A DNA stretch of 58,335 nucleotides, counting the filler, from Sphacelaria rigidula (taxonomy: Eukaryota), in assembly GCA_964200075.2 (NCBI GenBank). It is 9 parts of 9 records of this genome, joined end to end, with 100 filler letters (N's around TTAATTAATTAA, not from the genome) between each part and the next. Parts side by side here need not be neighbours in the genome. Positions count along the whole stretch, not along the records: positions 45,452 to 51,843 come from CAXNAA020020350.1; positions 51,944 to 58,335 come from CAXNAA020020351.1; 7 more parts are not named here. The stretch is one strand, 5' to 3'. This document shows, piece by piece, positions 47,690-58,335 of the stretch. The translations under genes were made by a program, and so were the position numbers. The notes beneath the pieces were generated by a model. That model did no database searches. It was given only the letters and a program-made list of their open reading frames with translations, and was not told where the DNA came from. The stretch's first letter is position 1. Each line of letters begins with the position of its first letter.

Positions 47690-48516
47690 GCTGGCTTCAC
47701 TGCTACGCGAACTTGGCAGAGATGTACAAGACACAGGAGCGGTTTGAGGAAGCCTCCAACCTGCTCACGAGGATGCCCTGGCTTCCTACCCCACAGCAAC
47801 AGGGGACACCAACCACAACCGTTACCGCCTTGAACTCCACCGGCGATGACTCCACCCTCAGCCCCGACGGTGTGGACACCTCGCCCTCGTCGACCCACGA
47901 ACCGGCGGCCTTGCCGAGCCAAAACTCGAGCACGGAGGCCAAGATGCCGCCAGGCAGCGGAGGAACCAGTAACGGCTCTTCTGTGTGGAAGCCAGCGGGG
48001 GGGGATGAAGCGGACTTGATTGGTGGAGATGGGGGCGCGACGTGCGATTTAGATGTGAAGAGCGGCGACAAGGCCGCCGAGAGCGCGCAAAATGCCGGGG
48101 ACACGGCGAGAGATGGCTCGGCAACGGAGGCGACAACAACAGGGGAAAATAAAAGTTCCGCGGAGCTTTCTGGAAAAACGGCCTCCTTCCCCGGCGGGAG
48201 CAACGGCGGCGGTGGTGGTGGCGGCGGCAGCCGCTCCGACACGTCTTCAGTTCGAGGCGCCGGTGCCGCGAGGGTCGCTGGCCTCAACAAGGCGGCAATT
48301 GCGGCGTCCGCGGCCGCTTCTGCTGAGTCGGCAGGGGTCACTGCCCAGGCGGTGGAGACCCGTGTGGAGGCGGAGGTGCGTCGGGCTGTCGAGCGGCACG
48401 CGGAGGCCATGCGAGCGAGCATGAACGAGTTGGCGGGCGAGCTTGCGGTGACGACGGCTACACGGCCGGCGGCGTCGCAGGAGTGGCTTGACTCTCGTGT
48501 CGCGGCTGCTGAAGAG
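47690..48516 (+). CDS. Exon of unknown protein (TPR-like helix then low-complexity region)
   Basis: WLHCYANLAEMYKTQERFEEASNLL; cag/gt boundaries; GC3-rich. Confidence 0.75.
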
Positions 48517-49197
48517 GTTTGTCTCTTGAGTATCTCTTGTTTTTTTCTGGAAGGCGGCGTTGAGTGTGTCCCACGTCGTGGGTCCGCTTACCGACAGGAG
48601 ATAGGTTCGGGGGTATGTGTGTCTGTCGGTTAGTTTGTTTTTTTGCTACACTTCGTGAGGGACAAGCACGGATGACGCGCGCGTTTGTTTCCTTCGGCGG
48701 TTGGATCGTCCGACGAGAAAAGCCGCCCGATTTTGATCATGAAATGTTCGCCGAAGGAAATAAGTTGCAGCACACAACATCCGACGAGTGTTTCGAGGGA
48801 TATACAAACAGCTCATGCGAAGAATGCGATGACAAGGATGGGGACACAAAAATTCACGAGCAGAAGGCTTTTCCCGTATTTGACCCCATCGGATGTCGTG
48901 AACGTGAACTCGTAGCCCAGCCTGTTGGACATCAAATACAACGTTTCGACCACGAAGCTCGTTCGTACCTGCGGTGTGACGGCTTTTTTTTTTGCGTCCA
49001 CATGCACGAGAAAGCCATGCTGTGGACGAGCCAGAGGGTATTGAATGACTCACTTCATTTATTTCTTCCTTCTCCCTCATTCCTGTTCCAATACGTGTAC
49101 ATGTCACATTTGCTTCTGTCAGCTTCGCGTGTTCGGTCTGCTTCTGTACTGTTGTTTGTTGTTGTGTGTTTTCCGATCAATCGCGCGGACGCTTCGT

Positions 49198-49237
<40 letters not shown>

Positions 49238-49391
49238 TTCCCTCTCTAAGCTGCANNNNNNNNNNCCTCTTTCCCCCCCCTCCCCGCTCCCCTCTTTTTT
49301 TTGTTTTTTCCCCCCACTCCCGCGGCCCCTCCTTTCCCCCCCCCCCCCCCCCCTCCTTTCCCCTTCTCATGATGTTATCACTGAAGAACAG

Positions 49392-49568
49392 GTGTTGGCC
49401 GCTGTGCGCGCCGGGTTGCTATCTGGAGGAAGCGGTTCAGACGCAAACCATGCCGCCGCTGGGGACAACTCCGCTCACAGTGCGGTTGACGTCCCCGTAT
49501 TGCCCATTGGAGTGCCAGGGCACGCCGATATCTTGCGCGAAGCCAGTCACTACCTCTCAGCAATCAAG
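49392..49568 (+). CDS. Next exon of the same gene
   Basis: cag/gtga boundaries; 59 codons; phase 0. Confidence 0.7.
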
Positions 49569-49814
49569 GTGAAGTCATTCGCACGATGTCCGGGTTATGC
49601 CTACATATGACGCGGTTGGGGGTAGGGTAGTTCATCGAAAACATCGCTACATTTGTTTTTTACCGGACGGTTCCGTCCCCAGCGTTTCATGAGCTCGGCA
49701 CGGCTGGAGGCTACCCGCGGCTTTGGAAAACCTGGTGTCTCGAATCATCACTTCGCAATCCATCCTCTCTGGGCGTCTCAAATTCTACTTCGGTCCCCCC
49801 TTTCCTTCTTGCAG

Positions 49815-49916
49815 GGGGTCGCGGCGCAAGGGTGGTCTTATGTCGACAACGAACTGCACAGGATGGAGCGTCATCCTGCGCCAACTGCTAAGTCTGGGTT
49901 CCAATCTCGCCGCGAG
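49815..49916 (+). CDS. Next exon of the same gene
   Basis: polypyrimidine-cag/gtgg boundaries; 34 codons; phase 0. Confidence 0.7.
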
Positions 49917-50274
49917 GTGGGTGTAGACTGTAGTCTTTTCCTGAGTCACTGATCATTGTATCATGATTCAGTAGTGTAATCAACCTCTTTACTTGTTCGA
50001 TATGATACTCGATTTGGCTTGTACTTTTATGGTCCGACGTATTCGCTTCATTGCAAGAAAGAGCCGTCGTGTCAACGGCATGTATATGCCTCATTCGGGT
50101 GAAAAGAGTCACGCCTCGAACACATTGCCTGATAAATGGCATCAGTTGTATGGGGCAGCTGGTGTTCTGTATGGCTGGATCTATCATGGCAGACTGTAGC
50201 AATGTTGTACGGGATCGATCCCCCTTCATGATGCCTCTTCCAACACTCGCCTCCCTCCATCTGTGGGACCACAG

Positions 50275-50396
50275 GTGATACACACTTTTCGGTACCTTCT
50301 CATGAAGGCTCGTCAATACGCCTCGGAAAACCAGACGCAAACGTCCTCAGCGGCCTCTTCCTCTCAGCCAGGGGCGCGTTCTCGTCGCAAAGACAG
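50275..50396 (+). CDS. Next exon, ending at a GC donor
   Basis: cag acceptor; AG|gcgagt donor gives the phase 2 required by exon 51108. Confidence 0.6.
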
Positions 50397-51107
50397 GCGA
50401 GTCATGCTCCAGCCATCGCATTCAGTTTGGCTCGAGTTTCGTTCCGTATCGTTCATCGTATGTTGGAGAACATCATCGGGTGTTGTAGTTGAAGATTTGT
50501 TCTCCACGCCTCCCTTTGTTCGAGTACTGATGAACGACGGGGCGCATGCTCGTGGACGTCGAACCGGGTTTCTGTGATCATGTAACGTAGGGGGAGGAAA
50601 AAAAGCGCAACATGATGCGATATTGATCACACTCTGGACAGAAATCACATGGGCAAAAATAATACTGTGTAAAGTATAGAATCTTACGTCTATTACCGTC
50701 GACGAAGTGTTTTATACTGTACGCGGTGTACATTTTAACAAAGCTATCCATTTTTCAGGGCAGTGATGTTCCGTGTTCGAAACGGCTATGACTATCCGCT
50801 CTACTTCCGAAAGCGTTCTAAAATTATCAAGCTGTGCGTGACCGTCATCTCAGATATACTCGAGTTCATACCTGTTGCAAGACGAGTGATTTCTATGCGA
50901 ATTATATCTGGCCTGCGTTCCTGTACGTACGCTACATGTTTGATTCTTTCACGCCTCTAGACCAGACGGATCCTGGGGAGTCATTGCTGTTTTTTTCTGT
51001 GTTTTGGTCTGCCGAGTATTTCGCAGTTGCAGCAAGTTGGCAATCACCATTCGCACCTAACGCTGTCCACCACTTAATCCTACACCTCGTCTCCCCCAAA
51101 ACTTCAG

Positions 51108-51452
51108 GGGTCGAAAAGCTTCCGGCAACACCAAGGCCACACGCCGGAGCAGCGGTACCACGCGTAACGGAAAGTACTACTCCAGCCGCGGTGGGGGTGG
51201 CGGCGGAGCAGACGGTGATTCGGCGCCCGAGGAAACCAACGGGTTCTTCATGATTTTCGTTGGCGGAACTTTTGCTCTCCTCGCTGCGGCACTGTCCTCT
51301 GGTGCGCGCAGCGGTGGGCCCGGGCGGCGCCGAGAAGTTGTGCGGCAGCGAGCGGCGACGCTCGCCGCAAAGTCCGTTGGTAGTTACGTGGAGCCGCCGC
51401 CGAGGAGTGCGGTAGCTTCGATCCTGGCGCACACCTGGGGAAACCTGAAGCG
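51108..51452 (+). CDS. Next exon with a TM-like segment (FFMIFVGGTFALLAAAL)
   Basis: Open frame in phase 2; ends at gtgag donor or alternatively at stop 51456. Confidence 0.65.
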
Positions 51453-51783
51453 GTGAGGCGTTGGCCGAGGGTTCAGCTGTTGTGGTGTAATTAATGAAAG
51501 TGGACGCTCAACCTGACGGCGCTTGCTTCAGGCTCAGAACGGTTGCTGTAGTCGCCATTGCCGTGCCCGCTAGCACATCCTTACCTCATGTTACGGTGCT
51601 ACCTCGTCAACAAATGGCATCCTGACGCAGTTCCAAGTGCTCGACAGCAAGCGACGGCATAGAAGAAAATATGCGCAGCATTATTCTGACGACGTATGTT
51701 CCGCGAAGTAAGGTGCCAACATTAGCATCGGGTCTCTCACTTCTCGTCTGCTTTCCCGCTCAACTTTGTATCCCCCCCCCCCG

Positions 51784-51824
<41 letters not shown>

Positions 51825-51843
51825 CCGCCCCCCACCCCCCCCC

Positions 51844-51943
51844 NNNNNNNNNNNNNNNNNNNNNNNNNNNNNNNNNNNNNNNNNNNNTTAATTAATTAAN
51901 NNNNNNNNNNNNNNNNNNNNNNNNNNNNNNNNNNNNNNNNNNN
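51844..51943. other. Artificial contig linker
   Basis: Same 100-bp pattern. Confidence 0.97.
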
Positions 51944-54900
51944 ACGCAGTGAGTGGCGTGTTTTACAGCGTCATCGCCAACCAACGCCAACCCCATCGGG
52001 GGTCCGCCCCTACGAAGCCGGGACGGAGCACACCGGATTCTCGCCGGACCAGGCTTGGGGGGGGGGAGAGGGGCGGGGACACCCAGCCTTCTGTCCCCTA
52101 GTATATTGCTGAGTCGTTGGCAGTTGCGGTCAGCTGTCGTGTACAGAGATCCTTGGTATGGAGACCGCTCAGATGGCGAATACGTCCCCCCTTCGAAGTT
52201 CATCACTTACCAGGATTACATTCATGGGATCATGTTCCGTGTCGTGTGCCTCGAGTACCTAGATGTAGTTCGGGAAAGTTTGGCGAGGCATGACATAATG
52301 TCGCCACTTTGGCTACAAGCTGTCGCTACCGTGTGCTTGTGTACATACATATGTGTGAGCGTGGCCGGCACCCAAGGTCTTCGGGATAGAGCAAGGAAGA
52401 AGCAGAAACAAATATACAAATCCCACAAAGCCCACAAGACTTTTAGGTTTTTGTCAATGTTCATGGATCAACTTTTTGCAACAGAACCAATGAAAAAAAC
52501 AGACAATTTCCAAAAAAATGCCCTCCGGGAGGGGGGGGGCTCCGTGTCCGTAACTTCTCTCCGCCCAACCCCCTGCGTACCCTAAAATCAAGTGAAGTAA
52601 TGCAGCGAGATGACACCAGTGTCAAGGGAACGGATCTCAGAGCACATGTAACTGCTATATGTTTTACATGCTCAGTGGAAAAGTACTTCGCACGAAACAT
52701 TCTTGTGGGAGGGCATCATCCGCTCACAGGTCCGCGAATTTTTGGAGGACATTTTTGAAGGTGTAGATGTGACCTTGAATGGCCCTGGGCGGGTTGCACA
52801 AGTTGCACAAAGCTACGGCTTTTGACCAATATGGGTAGCCAAACCTCTTGCCATGGCTGAGAAGGTGAGTGCGCTTTTTTTTTTTTCATACCATCACTAG
52901 AATATACTTTGTGTGTAAAACTCATGGCACCGTACCGCACATGCTAGACCACATGTATTACTGGCACGATTACTGCTGCTGTTCTGCTGTACTGTGACGA
53001 CAATGTGCTGCTAGCGGTGGCTTCCACACGGATAACTTCGACGCGCTGGATACGTGCGGAGGCCTACGAGGGGTTGTCTCTCACCCAAACACACAACTCC
53101 CAGCTCCTGATAAGCCTGTTCGCGTACCGTCAAACCAAGCACCGCAGGAGATGAACATGTCTCGCTCTGGCGGCGTTGCAAGCAGGCCTGGGTGATACTC
53201 AGCTGGGTTGTGCCTTGAATCTGCTAGAATTACCGTCACCTAGTACTCTAGGTTGATCCCGTTGTGCTGTGTCAATGGCAGTGCAGGCACGTCGCCACCT
53301 GCGCTACCATCTAAGCCCTTTACTGCAACCCCGTCACCAACAGCCTTATATGCTTCACGGCACTCCACACCTGGAAAATTGTACCTTGCTTGACGAGGCT
53401 TGTCTTCATTTCGTAGTTCCATTTGTCCCCGTCGCTGCCTGCACCACACCAAAGCTCGTGTCCACCTCGACCATACATGCTGCATTTTTCGGCAGCAGCA
53501 GCACCACCATAAACACCAGAAACTGCTCCAGGGTTGACACTTCCGTGCTGCACCTGGTCACCGTTGTCGTCTTGGTCTGAAGAAGGAGTCTCTGCTGACT
53601 CTGTGCTGCTGTTGGAAATTCACAACTCGTATCACCGTCACGCCAACATCTTCGCAAAATGTCTCCTGACGTTGCCGCTGCCGTTGCTACTTCTTGTCAT
53701 CACCCCTCTACAGCAAAATATCGGGCCTATTGCTTCATCCCTGCAGTCGCTGACGCCGAGCACGATCATCTTACAATGTCTACAAACGTGCCGTTTGGAT
53801 GCAGTCGTAAAGAGATATGTGCGAGGTTGGCTTGGTTTCTGCAGGTGGCGTGTGCGTGAAAGGGGCATGAACAGGCTCTGCTGTTGTCACGCAAGATTTG
53901 TGGTATTATCCTTCCGCTTCCGACACAGATCTTGCTTTGACCTTGTGCCGTGAAGTGGTGTGGCATCAAACGCGTTGCTTGTGGGAAAGGTAGATGCACA
54001 CCGACTATGACTGCATAGTATTGACCCGTGAGGCGAGGGATGATAGAAAATTCATAATATGCGAGATTGGAACCTCTACGGAACGGCATGCATGGATGTT
54101 TGAATTGCTGTGTGAACTTGTGGCACGTTGACAGGGAAGCACCATCCCAAGCAAAGGTTTCAGCGACACAAGGAGCAGTTGACAACACAGTGAAGCAATT
54201 GTCGAAATAAATAGATGAGAGGTCTTCTGCTGCGCTGATAACCTAAGAGTAAGTCTAGGAAGCCAAAAGGGCCGAGGCCGGCTGAGCAAGAACCCACGTC
54301 ATCGGTGGGGGACGTCTCGCGATTAACTCTTTGATCGCCAAGATGGGTCGTCTGGGTCTTACTTCTATTATCAAGTGAAAGCGATGCCAATTCAATGGAT
54401 GACCTACGTTGGCGGTCAACGGCTTAAGCGCTGCTGGACAAACCCAGCATCAGTCAAACGCAAAAATTAAACACACACAAGTACACACACATTGTTCGGA
54501 ACAAAATCCGAGCTACTCGTATTTTCACCCCGTTGCGCATGGCTACAACGCGCAACCCCGGATTCAGCGACATGGGCTTGTTGGCTGTGCTTTACACAAC
54601 ATCTGGCCCCAGTTTCAGCGCATTGCAGCGCCGACAGCGCGCGTACGGCCGTGCCTCCCGAACCGAGCATCCTAATAGGCGATGTGTGAATGAGTTTCGT
54701 ACATATTGTCATTATCCACTGACTGTCCCAGTATAGGTAAATGTTTGTTCGCCAGAGAGGCAGCCGGTCAGTTGCTCATGATATGGAAGTTAGTGCACCA
54801 ACTTGCCGAGATATGCTTTCACTGGCGGTGCACGCAGTCTGGACTGGGGGAAGGCCGTGATGAGGGCGTATCGACAGTAGTGCCCCTAAATTGGTATTCG

Positions 54901-56089
54901 CTTTGTTATTTTGCAGCAAGGCCCGAACGGACCACCGATTGGTGCATATGCAGCCTGTGTTGTGACTAGTGCGCCAAGTTTCACGGCGGCTACTCCAGCC
55001 GCGGTGGGGAAATATAAAAATCATTTTTTTCGTTCGAAATTGCGATGATTGTTGTATGCGGGTCAAGTGCGGGTATTTAACCACATAGTGCGGGCATCCA
55101 CCTATACATGTGTGCGTCATTTTAGTGCAGGATTGATACAGTAGCAAGTGTCAAGTGTCTTGATCGAGACTTGAACCACAGTCCACTATTGATAGGCTCA
55201 ACTTGAAACGGTGGGTGCACATTTGCATCAACGTCCCCGGCAGCATGATGTAGCATAGTGCGGTACAGTCAAGCGATACTCCGAAAAACAATGTCCGAAT
55301 AACTCCCGGCGTACTGCTCCTGCCAACGTCGCAATTTGCCTCCGTGCGGTCAAAAAACGCCTACGAGTACAGCATACGAGTATGGAAATGGTGTGTCACC
55401 TGTTACCTGGTTTCAGTGCAGGTGGCTGACAGTCCCGCGCACGACTGTTTGGCAAGGTCGGCAGTGCAACAACCAGGGCCCACCCGAGATCCGCGGCAGT
55501 TTACGCAATTTTATACTATCTCACATCCTACTACTGTGCACTGCAGGCCCAACGGTTAGGCTACAACGAAATACTGCGCGCTCCACTAGTAGCCGTATCC
55601 TAAATATGCGTGACACCTGAAGTTTTGTGTGTCCTCCTGGAAACATTTGCCCGCAGAAGATTTGCCGCCAAGAAACGGCTCCTGCGTCTCGGTAGGATTT
55701 TCCATGTCCAGAGCAGCCACGAAGAGGAGCGCACTTACAAGAATACTACGCAATAGAAGTGCTTGTTTACCATGGAGCTTCAAGCCTTTCCTGCCTGGCA
55801 TTCGGATGGCTAAGCAGCTGTGCAAGCAGCATATAAATCAGATCACGAAGAATGTAACACACACGTATATCAGCTGTTTTTTCACCACCACATTGGACTT
55901 CTGTCGTTTGTTAATACCTGCTGGCCGATTGCCAGGGAGTCGTTACTGTTGACCATCACAGTTGAGGTTTGTTATCATCTGCCGGGATCATCACTCAAGT
56001 GTATATGCGTTACGTGATTGCAATCGCCATGACCCGTAAGTATGGGGCAAACATACCTTTGAAAAAAGATAGGAGTCAATTTATGGTCA

Positions 56090-58250
56090 ACATTATGATG
56101 AGGGTGACGATGGTTCACCTCGCTTGGTAAGATTCACAAAAATCTTCTGTATCAGGTCGACCACCCCTGGCGCTTGGACCACTGTACATCCTAGTACGTC
56201 GGCAAGACCGCAGAATGTCACTGTGCAACCTGAGATAAAATCGGACTATCGACTGGTTTCAGCCACCATTCGTCTCCTCGGATGAAGCGCACCTAACAGC
56301 CGACCAAAACCGGGAGGCGGGGTTAGCAGAGCGCGCTTCGACCGCAAAGCCCTCGCAGCCGACTGACTCGAGAGCGACTGGTTAGCAGGCCATTGTCGCC
56401 AAGATCCCGAATGCGACTAAATCCATCGCAGTCCTGGACATCAACGACATGGTATCTACTTTCGCTAACGCCCTGTGACAGACGGCCGCCGATAACACCC
56501 CCTGCGAGAAGAACCCCCCATCTAGAGGTTTCAGTGAGTCGCCAGAGGCTCAGAATCGCCTCCACAAGGCGTGGAATCTCGGGCAACGTATGGGAGAAAC
56601 GACGCGCCAACCCCAAAGACCTTGGCCTGACCAAGGCGCTGGAGGTGGCTGATACATGAGCGTTCAAACGGGTGAAATTTTTTTCACAAGTTCACCGTTC
56701 GGCCAGCAGAGCTCGCTCGCAAGAAGTGTAATGCGTGAGAGGACCGCGTGCTTAGAAGACCGCGCCGTAGTTCAAAACACCTCGGGATCGATGTTTTTCA
56801 AAACCAATCGGGACAGTACCTGCAGGTACCACGCCCCTGACTATAACCGTAACACTAACCCTGACCCTAACCCTAACCAGAGGGATGTTCAAATTCTGAT
56901 GCGGTCCTCTAAGCCTGCGGTCCTCTCACGCATTACAAGAAGGATCAAACAGGGTGATACCAATATATCAGGTCCTTGGAATTGGAAGGAAGAACAGACG
57001 CGGCTCAACCTACATCAGGACCGCGGCGGGCGAGCTGTTGCGGGATCAATAAGCTATCCTGCACCGGTGGAAGGGGTGGTTGAAACACGTCTACACGCAA
57101 CCTCGCCTACAGTACGATCGAGCACTCTGTCATTGATCTCGTCGAACAGCAGCCGGAGCACGCACGGCTCGCGGCCGAGGCCTCGGTGAAAGAAGTGAAG
57201 GAAGCAGTTGGCAAGCTGGTAAACGGCAATGCCGTCGGGACGGACGGCATCTGTGCCGAGCTGTTGGAGCTCGGCCGCAGCGACGACTCTGCCATCCTGA
57301 AGTGCCTCCACGATATCGTGCTTATCGTGTGGCATCACGAAGTAGTGCCGCAGGAATGGAAAGAGATCATCATCAAGGTGTTTTCAAGAAACAGGACGCA
57401 CACGAATGCGACAACTACCGCGGCATTTCTCTCGTCGGGTCTCTTGCGGGCAAGGTGGTTCTCATGACAGTTGCGGCTCGCCTCAGCACCTACTGCGAGA
57501 GGAAGGGAATCCTTCCAGAAGTTCAATGCCGTTTCCGACCCGGCCGGTCGACAGTCGGCATGATATACGTTGTGCGTAGACTACAAGAACTAGTCAGAGG
57601 AAAGAATATTCCACTGTATATATGTGCTTCGTCGACCTTCGAAAGGCATAAAACTCAGTGGAACGCTCTCTTCTGCGGAAGGCGCTAGCACGAAAGGGTA
57701 TTCCCACTAATATTAATTCCATCTTCTGCCGGTTCCACGACAGCATGCGGACATGCGTACGCCTTGACAGCGGCGAGACGTCTGAGTGGTTAAACTTTAA
57801 TCAGGGCCTCCACCAAGGCTGTGTGCTTCCCCCCGCTTTGTTCAGCATCTTCTTCGCGGCGGTGTAGACGACGATGTTCGATCGCTTCTCGATAAAAATC
57901 GCGGTGGTGCAGTACGTTATCCGCATCGTTGAAAGGGGCGGGAAGGACAGGGACGAGCTTAGCGAAGTGCTTTGGGCCACGGCATACGCCGATGACGCGG
58001 CCATCGCCTCGTGATCTCACCTAAGCCTGAACAAAATGATGATGGTCGCGAAATATATGCGGCATGTGGCCTCATTGTGACGGGAAAGACGGCCACTATG
58101 CACGTGCGCTCCCCGAGCATAAAAGCGGATGTGTTCGAGGTGGAAGCAGCGGGCCAGAGGTACAAGGAAGTTGAGTCTTTCATTTATCTCGGCGGCAAAG
58201 TCAGCAGCAGCGGCGATGTCACTCCTGAGATCCACACCCCCATCGGCTAG
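56090..58250 (+). mobile_element. Degenerate RTE-clade LINE (APE end plus reverse transcriptase)
   Basis: GTDGICAELL, VPQEWKE, DNYRGISL, QCRFRPGRST, QGLHQGCVLPPALF, AYADDA; frameshifts and stops. Confidence 0.92.
56727..56937. mobile_element. 211-bp TG..CA TIR element containing CCCTAA repeats
   Basis: Perfect 21-bp TIR tgtaatgcgtgagaggaccgc; 5-bp TSD agaag; inserted in the RTE ORF. Confidence 0.88.
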
Positions 58251-58335
58251 GTGCTGGTTAGACACCCATGAGGCAGTGTAAAAGCTGTGGCTGTCTCTGG
58301 AAGTGGCGATACCACAAAATAAAGCAACTCATTGT

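Noticed and set aside
48564..49610. 348-aa ORF as a gene
   Set aside because: Runs through an intronic repeat, a C homopolymer and an N gap; only 49392-49568 looks like an exon.
6439..51899. TTAATTAATTAA recurring at regular 6.49-kb spacing as a biological periodic element
   Set aside because: Always embedded in N44 blocks; it is an assembly linker.
56843..56878. True telomere
   Set aside because: Few degenerate units, inside a TIR element within a LINE.

Overview
Eukaryotic, intron- and TE-rich DNA. It is most consistent with a brown alga (Phaeophyceae); this is inferred from the gene style, the Pmp-like beta-helix exons and the RTE-type LINE load. The window is not one locus. It is nine unrelated contigs of 6394, 6394, 6393, 6393, 6393, 6392, 6392, 6392 and 6392 bp, sorted by length and joined by artificial 100-bp linkers (N44-TTAATTAATTAA-N44), so adjacency across linkers means nothing. 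Recognisable genes, all partial: one ATE1 arginyltransferase exon, four exons of a Pmp/pectin-lyase-like repeat protein, three low-complexity multi-exon genes of unknown function, and one spliced gene in contig 5. That last gene is the most notable: it fuses a polysaccharide pyruvyltransferase domain, via one TM helix, to a triose-phosphate/PEP-transporter (TPT) domain, suggesting a coupled donor-importer plus enzyme for glycan pyruvylation. The rest is nested mobile DNA: degenerate RTE LINEs, an RTEX-like LINE whose copies sit in poly(C)/poly(G) tracts, hAT-type MITEs with 8-bp TSDs, TA-TSD MITEs, a foldback, a TG..CA element carrying CCCTAA repeats, tRNA-derived SINEs and a possible Plavaka-like transposase relic. 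All family assignments are by eye; no database searches were run.
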